Shown here: in pieces, positions 25,816 through 34,247 of the stretch
Position numbering within the stretch: the first letter of the stretch is position 1
Layout: the number at the start of each line of letters is the position of its first letter
NCBI GenBank assembly: GCA_038046085.1
Contig: JBBSWW010000020.1
Location: forward strand, 1 to 52,771
DNA: 52,771 bases
Source: Nanobdellota archaeon
Lineage (GTDB): Archaea; Nanobdellota; Nanobdellia; SCGC-AAA011-G17; GW2011-AR18
Reading direction: 5' to 3'
Notes under the pieces: generated by a model
Seen by the model: only the letters and a program-made list of their open reading frames with translations
Database searches by the model: none
Told to the model about the DNA's origin: nothing
Position numbers and translations under genes: made by a program

Positions 25816-26276
25816 TGCCTGAAAATGGTTATGTCACTCTTGATGAATATTTGAATAGTGAGTGTTCAAGATTAAAAAATTTAGTTACCAATTTTAGTCG
25901 TTCTGCAGGTCTAGATGTTTTCAAGGATACTATTATTGAATCTAGTTTTGATCATCCTGAGGATATTGCTGATGTTCATGGTACTATATCATTATCTACA
26001 CCTTGGATTCCATTTGTAGGTAAGTATGCTACATTTCTATCAACACCAATTTTTACTCTTGATATATTAATGCATGGTTCCCCAATTTATGATATTCAAG
26101 ATAAGGCTACTGGACATTGGAATTGTTTAGATATTAAATATACTGGTGCCTCATTTCTATTATCACCTAATAGTTCTAAAACTTCTATATGGAGAGATTA
26201 TTATCAAAAACTTGACCCAAAAGTTCATGCTCTTACAAAAAAATTGAGAGAAAATTTTAAGGTTCAATCTGAGTGA
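25815..26276 (+). CDS. hypothetical protein translationally coupled to endoQ
   Basis: This 153-aa ORF has its start overlapping the endoQ stop (TAATG). I recognise no family. Confidence 0.4.
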   Translation: MPENGYVTLDEYLNSECSRLKNLVTNFSRSAGLDVFKDTIIESSFDHPEDIADVHGTISLSTPWIPFVGKYATFLSTPIFTLDILMHGSPIYDIQDKATGHWNCLDIKYTGASFLLSPNSSKTSIWRDYYQKLDPKVHALTKKLRENFKVQSE

Positions 26277-27047
26277 CTATCCTATGTAATTTATTGACTC
26301 TTTCTTTGATTTCTTTGTCTCCTCTTTTAATCCTTCTGCATTATCTAATTTTTTCTTTATCTCTCTATCTAATGTATTTACCTCTTTATTGATACTATTC
26401 ATATTCAATCCTAATTTTAATATCTTATTTAGTATTGCTAATAATTCTTTTGCCTCTTTTATTCCTAAATGTGCTGGGTTTACTGATGTCTCTACCAAGA
26501 ATATTGTACCATCTATCCCTTTTTTCTTTCCCAGTCCTAATAATAATCCTGATACTCCAACTATTGGTCCTATTAATCCTAATGGTTGTTTTACATTTTC
26601 TAACTTATATTTTTTTAATGATTCCTTGCTTGTTCCTGTATAGTATACTTTTGGATTCTTTACAGCATCTTTCATTCCTATGCCACCTAATGTGATTATC
26701 TCCTTTCCTTTATATTTCTTGAAAAGTTCTAATACTGTCTCACAGAATTCATAGCATCCTCTCTCATCTGATGGCTGGACATCTCCTGTTAGCATCAATA
26801 TATCCTTATTCCCTTTTGTTTTTTTATGATATATCTCTATCTTAGGCAATTCAGCTATCCCTTCCTCATTCAAAAATACACAACTTGGAAAATTATCAGA
26901 ATATATCTCATATACCTTATCTGCTTCTAATGTCTGTATTATGAAATCAACTGTTATCTTTCCTACATTTCCCATTCCAGGCAATCCTTCTAGTAATATT
27001 GGATTGTTTATTTTTTTATCTTTGATTTTCTTGATAGTTAATGTCAT
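26277..27047 (-). CDS. PAC2-family proteasome assembly chaperone (COG1938)
   Basis: LLEGLPGMGNVGKITVDFI is the typical PAC2 N-terminal motif. It lies downstream of nop10, a position conserved in archaea. Confidence 0.75.
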   Translation of the reverse strand: MTLTIKKIKDKKINNPILLEGLPGMGNVGKITVDFIIQTLEADKVYEIYSDNFPSCVFLNEEGIAELPKIEIYHKKTKGNKDILMLTGDVQPSDERGCYEFCETVLELFKKYKGKEIITLGGIGMKDAVKNPKVYYTGTSKESLKKYKLENVKQPLGLIGPIVGVSGLLLGLGKKKGIDGTIFLVETSVNPAHLGIKEAKELLAILNKILKLGLNMNSINKEVNTLDREIKKKLDNAEGLKEETKKSKKESINYIG

Positions 27048-27095
27048 TATTAGGAATCTTCTTTTATTTGTTTATATATCTTTGGTAACTATTTT

Positions 27096-27263
27096 CTATA
27101 AATTCTGCTCTCTCTTCTTGTATTCTAATCTGTACTTTGCATATTTGTCTTCTGGACTATACTTAGCTGGTTTTGTTGTCAGACATTCAGAATTACATTT
27201 AGCACATTTCTTTTCCAGAGTATATGTTCTACAATGAGTACATCTTAGTATTTGTTCAACCAT
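27096..27263 (-). CDS. nop10: H/ACA RNP component Nop10
   Basis: This 55-aa ORF is below the track cutoff: MVEQILRCTHCRTYTLEKKCAKCNSECLTTKPAKYSPEDKYAKYRLEYKKREQNL. It has a Zn ribbon plus the SPEDKY.KYR signature. It overlaps the aIF2-alpha stop (ATGGTTGA). Confidence 0.85.
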   Translation of the reverse strand: MVEQILRCTHCRTYTLEKKCAKCNSECLTTKPAKYSPEDKYAKYRLEYKKREQNL

Positions 27264-28029
27264 TCTTCGTATAACTAAATTCTATTAATAATTTTTTTGA
27301 TGATTCTTCTATTTTTTCTATTATTTTCTTTAATAATGTATCAGCTTGCTTTACATCTGTTGATGTTGTTGATATCTTGTATTTTGGTGCTCCTAAGTAC
27401 ATTATCTCTGTTCCATGTTTTTCAGCATCTGTCAATATATTCCTTACTGTCTCTACTCCATTCTCTGCATATGATCTTATGTTTAATATGTAGCTTACTG
27501 TTATTTGTATTGGTTTTATTTTTTCTTTTACTACTTTGTATATCTGTTCTGATAATTTTTCATTACCTTTTAATTCTGTTACTGCATCTTTTCCTTTCTC
27601 TAATATTGCATTGAATAAATTATTAAGACTTCCATATCTCTCTATTGCTTTTGTTCCTACATCTTCATATACTTTTTTTAATGTTAAGCTCTGTTCTTTT
27701 CCTATCTGTTCTAATAATTTTTCTGCTTTTTCTTCTTTCTTGAAATCATTTATCTTATTCACCATCTGTGTTGTGCTTACTCTTCTTAGTGAAAGATCTA
27801 AGTCTCCTTTCTCTGTGATGTTAAGGACTTTACATACTACTCTCTTCTCTTCAACTACATAATCTCTTATGTTCCTTATTCTTCCAGGTGCTATCTCTGA
27901 GATATGTATCATTCCCTCAGCAGTCTCATACTCATCTATGTTTACGAATACTGAATGGTATAGTACTTTCTTTACTGTGCAGATTACTATCTCATCGATC
28001 TCTGGTTTTCCTTTTTTCTTGTAGAACAT
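27256..28029 (-). CDS. eif2a: translation initiation factor aIF2 alpha subunit
   Basis: It has an N-terminal S1 domain (GEIVICTVKKV...EGMIHISEIAPGRIRNIRDYV), the typical length, and the conserved nop10 neighbour. Confidence 0.9.
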   Translation of the reverse strand: MFYKKKGKPEIDEIVICTVKKVLYHSVFVNIDEYETAEGMIHISEIAPGRIRNIRDYVVEEKRVVCKVLNITEKGDLDLSLRRVSTTQMVNKINDFKKEEKAEKLLEQIGKEQSLTLKKVYEDVGTKAIERYGSLNNLFNAILEKGKDAVTELKGNEKLSEQIYKVVKEKIKPIQITVSYILNIRSYAENGVETVRNILTDAEKHGTEIMYLGAPKYKISTTSTDVKQADTLLKKIIEKIEESSKKLLIEFSYTKNG

Positions 28030-28068
28030 GAACTTAAGTACTGAGTAAGGTTTATAACTTTTTCTTTA

Positions 28069-28254
28069 GTGTACTTTTATATGGAATATCCACAATATAG
28101 TAAAGAGAGAGCAGTTGATGCCTGGGTTCAGGTGTATTCTGAATTCTTTCCTCTTCCAGATGACTCTGTTAAAGTAAGCCCTTTGGAAAGTTTATTGGCT
28201 AAATATGATCTTGTAAAGCCGGAAGATATTAAAAGAAATGAATGGACAGCTTAA
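28069..28254 (+). CDS. hypothetical small protein
   Basis: This 61-aa ORF abuts the rlmH-like gene. I recognise no family, so coding status is uncertain. Confidence 0.25.
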   Translation: MYFYMEYPQYSKERAVDAWVQVYSEFFPLPDDSVKVSPLESLLAKYDLVKPEDIKRNEWTA

Positions 28255-28656
28255 TTGATGATTAAGATATTATTTCTTGGCAAGACTAGAGAAAAATTTA
28301 TTTCTTCTGGTATTGATGAATACTTTAAAAGATTGAAGAGATTTACTAAAATAGAGATTGTTGAAGTTAAATCTTTAGACATGGATTTTAAGGATGATTT
28401 CATTATTGTTTTTGATCTGAATGGTAAATTATTATCTTCAGAAGAATTAGCTTCCACTATTAAGAATGTTGAGAATAAGAACATTACAATAATTTTAGGT
28501 GATGAGGATGGTATTCCTGATAAAGTTAAAAGTAAAGCTAACTTAATAATCTCTTTATCTCGTATGACTTTCACTCATGAATTTGCTCGTTTAATAATCA
28601 TGGAACAATTATACAGGAGTTTTACTATAATTAATAACTTAAAATATCATAAATAA
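28255..28656 (+). CDS. rlmH: SPOUT methyltransferase RlmH-like (23S rRNA m3-pseudouridine methyltransferase family)
   Basis: It has the N-terminal IKILFLGKTREKF...EYFKRL and the C-terminal LSLSRMTFTHEFARLIIMEQLYRSFTIINNLKYHK, which matches the RlmH knot region. It is somewhat short at about 132 aa. Confidence 0.7.
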   Translation: MMIKILFLGKTREKFISSGIDEYFKRLKRFTKIEIVEVKSLDMDFKDDFIIVFDLNGKLLSSEELASTIKNVENKNITIILGDEDGIPDKVKSKANLIISLSRMTFTHEFARLIIMEQLYRSFTIINNLKYHK

Positions 28657-28659
28657 TTT

Positions 28660-29238
28660 TTAATGTAATCTTACACTTGCTATATCTTTCCACTCTCCTT
28701 CAACTTTCTTTGCTAAAAATACTTCATCAGTTCTCCATGTTATATCTTTGAATGGATTTAATCCTTGTGTATCGATAGGTTCTTTTATTCTGCATAATGT
28801 TATATGTGGCTGCCATAGATCTCCTGCATATACTGAACCATATCTTAGATAAGCTGCTTCTCTCTCTTTATTACCTATATACTCAGTTGGGAATTTACCT
28901 ATAAGCTCATAAGAATCTATAAAATTTCTTAATGTTTCTATCGTACTAAGATGTACCCTATTGAGGTATCTGTCTTTTCTTAATCTTGCAACTAGTGAAG
29001 CTTTGTCAAATAAATCTAATCCCTCAACTCTTGTATCTCTAGCTGCAGATGGTATTATTGCTTTAAATTCTCTTATTATCTGTTCTTCTTTATCCTCTTT
29101 AAGTGCAGCAGCATACATTATAGTGCAATGTCCTGTATCAATTAAATTTTTAGAAACATTATTGCCTAAACTATTAACATAATCATTTGCTGTTATTAAG
29201 AATTCTTCACTTGGTTTAAAGTAAGCTAGATATTTCAT
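28660..29238 (-). CDS. 2H-phosphoesterase superfamily protein (LigT/cyclic phosphodiesterase-like)
   Basis: It carries two H-x-T/S motifs, GHCTIMY and QPHITLCRI, with the spacing expected for a 2H fold. It lies 8 nt downstream of rps27e on the same strand. Confidence 0.5.
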   Translation of the reverse strand: MKYLAYFKPSEEFLITANDYVNSLGNNVSKNLIDTGHCTIMYAAALKEDKEEQIIREFKAIIPSAARDTRVEGLDLFDKASLVARLRKDRYLNRVHLSTIETLRNFIDSYELIGKFPTEYIGNKEREAAYLRYGSVYAGDLWQPHITLCRIKEPIDTQGLNPFKDITWRTDEVFLAKKVEGEWKDIASVRLH

Positions 29239-29246
29239 TTAAAAAA

Positions 29247-29438
29247 TTAGGATTGTGGAAGAACCTCTACCTCTTTTGCATGTATCCTGCTTTTACCACC
29301 TGTTGGTTCAGCTAATACTTCTTCACATACTAAACATGTTACTTTGTGTGAAACTGCAGAATAGATATTCTGTTCATTTTTGCATTTTTGGCATCTTACT
29401 TTCAAGAATTTTGTTTTTGTTTCTTTCTTTGCTTTCAT
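29247..29438 (-). CDS. rps27e: 30S ribosomal protein S27e
   Basis: It has the Zn ribbon CQKCKNEQ...CLVCEEVLAEPTGGK, is 63 aa long, and has a 4-nt overlap with rpl44e. Confidence 0.9.
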   Translation of the reverse strand: MKAKKETKTKFLKVRCQKCKNEQNIYSAVSHKVTCLVCEEVLAEPTGGKSRIHAKEVEVLPQS

Positions 29439-29749
29439 ACGAACTCCACTTTCTTTGCTCTAAAGCCCTGGCTTTGCTGTGTTGATTTATTGCATACTTT
29501 GCATGTATATTTGAATGCTGTCTTTTTGCTGATCTTAGCTCCAGTTCTCTTGAATTTTGAGATTGCTGGTTTTGATCCCCATTTACCTTTATTTCCTGCA
29601 CCTCTTCCCTGTCCTCTCTTTCTTGCTCTCTGGATTGAACCATGGCTTAGGCTTCCTCTCTTTCCTGTTACTTTTGCCATCTCTACCTTCTGTTCTGTAT
29701 AGTTCTTACACTTAGGACAGAACCTTCTCTTAGATTTTGGCATTTTCAT
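29435..29749 (-). CDS. rpl44e: 50S ribosomal protein L44e (eL42)
   Basis: The sequence is MKMPKSKRRFCPKCKNYTEQKV...KCKVCNKS, with a Zn ribbon and a basic loop. The track start at 29761 is a TTG. The ATG at 29749 lies about 20 nt downstream of a TTTATAAATA box. Confidence 0.9.
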   Translation of the reverse strand: MKMPKSKRRFCPKCKNYTEQKVEMAKVTGKRGSLSHGSIQRARKRGQGRGAGNKGKWGSKPAISKFKRTGAKISKKTAFKYTCKVCNKSTQQSQGFRAKKVEFV

Positions 29750-29769
29750 ATAATTGTGCAAAAGTTAAG

Positions 29770-29779
29770 TATTTATAAA
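29770..29779 (-). promoter_or_regulatory. TATA-box-like element for the rpl44e-rps27e operon
   Basis: The minus strand reads TTTATAAATA, ending about 20 nt upstream of the ATG at 29749. Confidence 0.4.
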
Positions 29780-29840
29780 GGTTTTTAGTGAGTTTTTCTA
29801 AATAATCCGTAAACTTTACAATTTTTTTCACATAATCTAT

Positions 29841-30197
29841 TTGAAGATTTTAGTATATGATATCTTAATGTTTGGGAGTACAAAGATAATAAGGTGGATT
29901 GATATTAAAGAGTTTAAAGAAATGATAGGATCTGATATAATAATAAGTAGTCACGCAATGGATCATTTAAGTAGGAGTCAAAGAAAAATATTTAAAGAAG
30001 AAGAACTGATTATGATAATAACAAGAGAGATTCCATATTGCGTTGGTTTACAGAAGAATGGTAGATATAGTCCATTTTTTAGAAGGAAAGAAAGTTTCAT
30101 TAGGATGATAATTGAAATTAAAGATAAAGTCGAGATTGTGACATTTATGTATACTGATAAATTGCCAAGTTTAGAAAGGATTCAAAATGAAAAATAG
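29841..30197 (+). CDS. DUF4258-like putative toxin
   Basis: ISSHAMDHLSRSQRKI resembles the DUF4258 HA..R..eR motif. It overlaps the downstream DUF2283-like gene by 11 nt. Confidence 0.4.
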   Translation: MKILVYDILMFGSTKIIRWIDIKEFKEMIGSDIIISSHAMDHLSRSQRKIFKEEELIMIITREIPYCVGLQKNGRYSPFFRRKESFIRMIIEIKDKVEIVTFMYTDKLPSLERIQNEK

Positions 30198-30576
30198 GAC
30201 ACTCAATGCAAAAGGTAAGGGAGAATATTCTTATGACTATTCTAACGATATCATGTTATTCAAGATTAAGGATAGAGATTATCTGAATTCTCTAGATTTT
30301 GATGATTGCAATCTTGTTGTTGATTTTGATACTGAGGGATTTATTACTGGTATCAGGATTTTTGATGCTTCTAAAGTTCTGAATCTTACTAAAGTTGCAT
30401 TGAATGACATTAAAGGTTGGGATTTTAACGCCAGTGTTGAGAATAATGTTATAAAAATACAGTTAAGATTTGTTGCTTTATACAGGAATAAAGAGAAAGC
30501 TGTGAACTATGCTCAGAATTTTGTCAGAGAATCTTCTAGTGTTCTTAATGATTCAGTTGCTGTATGTAGTGTTTGA
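30187..30576 (+). CDS. DUF2283-like putative antitoxin
   Basis: YDYSNDIMLFKI...VVDFDTEGFITGIRIFDAS matches the DUF2283 pattern. It is paired with the upstream small ORF. Confidence 0.5.
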   Translation: MKNRTLNAKGKGEYSYDYSNDIMLFKIKDRDYLNSLDFDDCNLVVDFDTEGFITGIRIFDASKVLNLTKVALNDIKGWDFNASVENNVIKIQLRFVALYRNKEKAVNYAQNFVRESSSVLNDSVAVCSV

Positions 30577-30601
30577 TTCTAATTATCCAGCAACTTGTTG
30601 G

Positions 30602-30652
30602 ACTTTCTAATTTTTCTGTAAATCTTTCAATATTTTCTTATAAAGACTTTTT
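30602..30652. repeat. 51-nt direct repeat, copy 1 (flanks the ORF6N gene)
   Basis: ACTTTCTAATTTTTCTGTAAATCTTTCAATATTTTCTTATAAAGACTTTTT differs at 2 of 51 positions from copy 2 at 31588..31638. Confidence 0.85.
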
Positions 30653-31561
30653 TTATTTCAATCCTAATCTATCTAATAACTCAAATGCTTCTTTATTGAA
30701 TTTTGAGAATGCAAACCATTTTTTGCCTAAGTCTTTTAATGAAGCTCCAATATGATATACCTCATTATTATCAATTATAAGAAACCTATCATGAGACTTC
30801 TTAAACTCTTTTATTTCAATGAGTGGATATTGTAAGTTATATTTAGTCAAGTCAAGAAGTAATTGTTTGGAAACATCTTTAGTAAATATTTTAACAAAAA
30901 CATTTTTATTTCTTTTACTAAACAGCGTTAAAATAGAATCATCTATATAGTTATCAATAAGGATTATAGACTTATCAGCAGTTCTAATTATGTCTGACAC
31001 AAATTTGTAAGAGTCAAATATCTGTCCATCAAAAAATATACCCTTTTCCGGCTTGATATCTTTGCTCTGTATTGCATCAAAGATTTCATCAAATTTATTA
31101 TCATGTTCTACTTGTTTTTTCTCAACCCTTTCCAAGCGATGAAAAACTTCTGCATTTGTAGTGATAAATCTTCTCATAGTAACAAATGCTCTCATTATTT
31201 GGACATTAACTTCTATTGCCCTATTATTAGTGATTATGCTAGAAATATTTGCTACTCCTTGTTCAGTAAATGCATATGGTAGATATCCACCAAGATGCTT
31301 TTTTGAAGGTATCGCATTTTGCGACACCAGAAACTCTACTTCTGAATCAGTAAGTTGAAACATAAAATCTGAAGGGAATCTTTTATTGTTTCTTTTGACT
31401 TGTTCTCTTAAGCGAATCGCCTTAACTTCATAAAGTTCAGCCAAATCCTTATCAAGCATTACTTGCATATTTCTTATTGTGTAAATTCTATTTTTGATGT
31501 TATCTGCGCTTAACTCCAATAGGTTATTTATCATTATTTTAATAATGTTATTATTATTCAT
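30653..31561 (-). CDS. ORF6N-domain protein (KilA-N-related DNA-binding domain plus a C-terminal HDR...GASLKDLGKK domain)
   Basis: IYTIRNMQVMLDKDLAELYEVKAIRLREQVKRNNKRFPSDFMFQLT and PYAFTEQGVANISS are the classic ORF6N blocks. Confidence 0.8.
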   Translation of the reverse strand: MNNNNIIKIMINNLLELSADNIKNRIYTIRNMQVMLDKDLAELYEVKAIRLREQVKRNNKRFPSDFMFQLTDSEVEFLVSQNAIPSKKHLGGYLPYAFTEQGVANISSIITNNRAIEVNVQIMRAFVTMRRFITTNAEVFHRLERVEKKQVEHDNKFDEIFDAIQSKDIKPEKGIFFDGQIFDSYKFVSDIIRTADKSIILIDNYIDDSILTLFSKRNKNVFVKIFTKDVSKQLLLDLTKYNLQYPLIEIKEFKKSHDRFLIIDNNEVYHIGASLKDLGKKWFAFSKFNKEAFELLDRLGLK

Positions 31562-31587
31562 AAGTTTAACTGAGAATTTTTAACGAT

Positions 31588-31638
31588 ACTTTCTAGTTTT
31601 TCTGTAAATCTTTCAATATTTTATTATAAAGACTTTTT
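31588..31638. repeat. 51-nt direct repeat, copy 2
   Basis: ACTTTCTAGTTTTTCTGTAAATCTTTCAATATTTTATTATAAAGACTTTTT lies between the ORF6N start and the stop of the TM-protein gene. Confidence 0.85.
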
Positions 31639-31674
31639 AATCTTTAATTATTTATATAATACCAAAGTAAACTT

Positions 31675-32391
31675 TCAAGTTGATATTTTTTCAAGAATGT
31701 AGGTTCTTCCATCTTTTAGATTAGTTAATTTTTTTACATTAATAATATATTCCTTCTTACTACCGACTTTTAGATATTCTATTTTTATCTCGTGAGTAAT
31801 GTTTTCTCCTGTAAAATTCCTTTGTAGTAAAGCACTACCAATAAGGGGGATGCTAGACTGAGGAAATATTGTTACATTATTATAATCAGATTTTATCGGG
31901 TAAGATATTCCATTAAGGGTGATATTTCCATCTAAGCTTTTTATCGAAGCAGGTAAATTACCCCAATTTTTTAGTTCCATATTCATTGTAATGCCATAAT
32001 CTGTAATCTTAGGATAAGAAGTTTCTATATCTAAAAATGGCCTATTTGTCACTTCAAAAGTTTGTATTGTATAATAAACTGAAAAAATTGAAACTATTAT
32101 AGCAAGAAGTGATATGACTATTGTACCAATTTTAGTATAATTGTCTTTTACCTCTAAATTTTTCATATTTTTGAGATCATGCAATTTTCTTATTCCTAAT
32201 TGGGTAAGCTTTATTTTTCCCTCTCTTTGTACTGCGTAAGCTTCTCCATTTGTTGAATGATCTGAATTTACAGCATAAATAGAAAACGTTTCCCAATCTT
32301 TACGAAATATCTTTTTTAAATGTGCATCATTAACATCATTATGAAATATATATTCCATTATCTCTATTATAATATCAATTGAGTCTTTCAT
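31675..32391 (-). CDS. single-pass membrane protein of unknown function, co-oriented 6 nt downstream of hsdM
   Basis: The 238-aa product has an N-terminal soluble domain, one TM helix (IGTIVISLLAIIVSIFSVYY) and a C-terminal beta-rich domain. Confidence 0.45.
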   Translation of the reverse strand: MKDSIDIIIEIMEYIFHNDVNDAHLKKIFRKDWETFSIYAVNSDHSTNGEAYAVQREGKIKLTQLGIRKLHDLKNMKNLEVKDNYTKIGTIVISLLAIIVSIFSVYYTIQTFEVTNRPFLDIETSYPKITDYGITMNMELKNWGNLPASIKSLDGNITLNGISYPIKSDYNNVTIFPQSSIPLIGSALLQRNFTGENITHEIKIEYLKVGSKKEYIINVKKLTNLKDGRTYILEKIST

Positions 32392-32397
32392 CTAATT

Positions 32398-33870
32398 TTA
32401 AACCTCTAGTTCTTTTAAGTTTTTAATAATCTTTTCTTCTAATTCCAATATTTTCTTCTTTATTACTTCAGGCTTTTCATATTTAACTTCTTCATATTCT
32501 ATCTCTTTATACTTTGAAATACTCAGGTCATAATTATTATCTTTTATTTCCTTAATTGGTACTATGAAACATTTTTTCTTTCTGTCAGTTAATTTTTCTT
32601 TAGTCCTATTTTTGAATCTCTCAATTATATCTGGAATATCATTTTTGTCAGGTTGTTCTGTTCTTTTATCATCTAAACTGAACCCATCTGCTTCCATATC
32701 ATAAAACCAAACCTCTTTTGTTGGTTCTCCCTTTGTAAAATAAAGAACCGCAGTAGAAACTCCTGCATATGGCTTGAATACTCCAGATGGCATAGAAATG
32801 ACTGCATCCAATCTGCATTTTTCTAACAATAATTCTCTTATTTTAAAATGTGCCTTTGAATTCCCAAATAAAACTCCATCTGGGACTATAACTGAGCATC
32901 TTCCACTATTTGTAAGAAGATTAAATATTAATTCTAAGAATAAAAGTTCTGTCTTTTTTGTCTGTGTTCTAAAGTTCTCTCCTATCTCTGATTCATCAAT
33001 GCTTCCTTTGAATGGAGGATTTGCTAATATTATATCGTAACAATTTGATTCATCAAATCTTTTTGATAATGTATTTTTTTGTTCTACATTTGGGTTACTT
33101 ATTCCATGCATCATTAAGTTCATTAATGATATTTTAAGCATTACATCGTCAAAATCATATCCATAAAGAGTTTCTTCTCTTAATATTCTCCATTGATTTT
33201 CATTTAGTTTATCTCCTGCAAAATTTCCTTCTTTTACTAGGTCTTTTGATGTATTATTCTTTAGAATATGCTCAAATGCTGAAACTAAGAAACCAGCTGT
33301 TCCGCATGCAGGATCACAGATTTTATCTCCATATTTTGGATTTAAGAGTTCAGTCATCATGTTTATTATATGTCTTGGAGTTCTGAATTGTCCATTTTTT
33401 CCTGCTGTTGCTAATTGTCCTAAAAGATATTCGTATAAATCTCCTTTTGTGTCTCTGTTTTGCTCTTTAATATGCATATCATTAATGATTTTTACAGCTT
33501 CAGCAAGTAAAGATGCAGTAGGTATTGAGAAAGAAGAATTTTTCATATACCTATTATAAACTGAATTTTCTTCACTATTTAATTTTCTTAAAAATGGGAA
33601 AACTGTATCTCTAACATGTTCTAACATTTGTTCAGCAGGCATTTCTGTCCATCTTGACCATTTGCAATCTTCATTTCCTTTAAAAATTGAATTATGTTTA
33701 TTACCTAATAATTTAGCATTTTGGTCTCTTGCAACATCTTCATCTTCTAATCTTTTCATAAATATTAGATAAGACATCTGTTCTATTGCCTGTAATGGAT
33801 TACTAATTCCACCACTCCAAAATTTATTCCATAATAAGTTTATTTTTGATTTTAGTTCTGAATCTAACAT
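32398..33870 (-). CDS. hsdM: type I restriction-modification system methyltransferase subunit HsdM
   Basis: It has an N-terminal HsdM_N helix bundle, the AdoMet motif DPACGTAGFL and the catalytic motif NPPF (LANPPFKGS). Confidence 0.9.
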   Translation of the reverse strand: MLDSELKSKINLLWNKFWSGGISNPLQAIEQMSYLIFMKRLEDEDVARDQNAKLLGNKHNSIFKGNEDCKWSRWTEMPAEQMLEHVRDTVFPFLRKLNSEENSVYNRYMKNSSFSIPTASLLAEAVKIINDMHIKEQNRDTKGDLYEYLLGQLATAGKNGQFRTPRHIINMMTELLNPKYGDKICDPACGTAGFLVSAFEHILKNNTSKDLVKEGNFAGDKLNENQWRILREETLYGYDFDDVMLKISLMNLMMHGISNPNVEQKNTLSKRFDESNCYDIILANPPFKGSIDESEIGENFRTQTKKTELLFLELIFNLLTNSGRCSVIVPDGVLFGNSKAHFKIRELLLEKCRLDAVISMPSGVFKPYAGVSTAVLYFTKGEPTKEVWFYDMEADGFSLDDKRTEQPDKNDIPDIIERFKNRTKEKLTDRKKKCFIVPIKEIKDNNYDLSISKYKEIEYEEVKYEKPEVIKKKILELEEKIIKNLKELEV

Positions 33871-34247
33871 TTTAGTTCCTCGTTTTTAATAATACTTTCA
33901 GACTTAGTTATATTTATTTCTTTATCTATATTATCTTCTATAAAGTATGAAATATCACTATTAAAGCTACATTCAATATATTGTTTTTTTTCTTTTAAAA
34001 AGAAAATAATCTGTTCAAAAAATTCTGGGAGACATTCTATTCTATATCCTTTGCCAAGATATTCTCCATCTTTTATCTCATTTCCCTTTAGTTTTTCTGC
34101 GAATTTCTTAGCTTCTAATAAGTCTTTTTCGAATTGTTCTCTCTCTGTATCTTTAGCTAATAAAATCTCTTCATGCTCGCCTTCATACCAATTATATTCT
34201 ATTTTAAAAATATTCATTTTATTTATAATCTCCTTTTTTATTTTCAC
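33864..34247 (-). CDS. hypothetical protein embedded in the type I R-M operon
   Basis: This 127-aa (or 117-aa from the ATG at 34217) acidic protein overlaps the hsdM start. I recognise no family. Confidence 0.4.
   Translation of the reverse strand: MKIKKEIINKMNIFKIEYNWYEGEHEEILLAKDTEREQFEKDLLEAKKFAEKLKGNEIKDGEYLGKGYRIECLPEFFEQIIFFLKEKKQYIECSFNSDISYFIEDNIDKEINITKSESIIKNEELKC

Noticed and set aside
26389-27862. Several + strand ORFs (26389..26643, 26435..26695, 26941..27237, 27297..27614 and 27536..27862) opposite the PAC2, nop10 and aIF2alpha genes.
   Set aside because: Their translations are Leu/Phe/Ser-rich and low-complexity, which is typical of the antisense strand of Lys/Glu/Asn-rich genes. 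The sense genes carry clear family motifs.
29374-29702. Alternative-frame and antisense ORFs (29374..29643 on the - strand and 29388..29702 on the + strand) over the rpl44e/rps27e region.
   Set aside because: The L44e and S27e frames carry unmistakable ribosomal-protein Zn-ribbon motifs. The others are frame shadows.
30573-30755. A 60-aa + strand ORF spanning repeat copy 1 and the 3' end of the ORF6N gene.
   Set aside because: It overlaps a well-supported - strand gene and the non-coding repeat. It has no start context or motif.
30602-31638. The 51-nt direct repeats considered as a minimal CRISPR array.
   Set aside because: There are only two copies, separated by about 935 bp of protein-coding sequence, with no cas genes. 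This is not CRISPR architecture.
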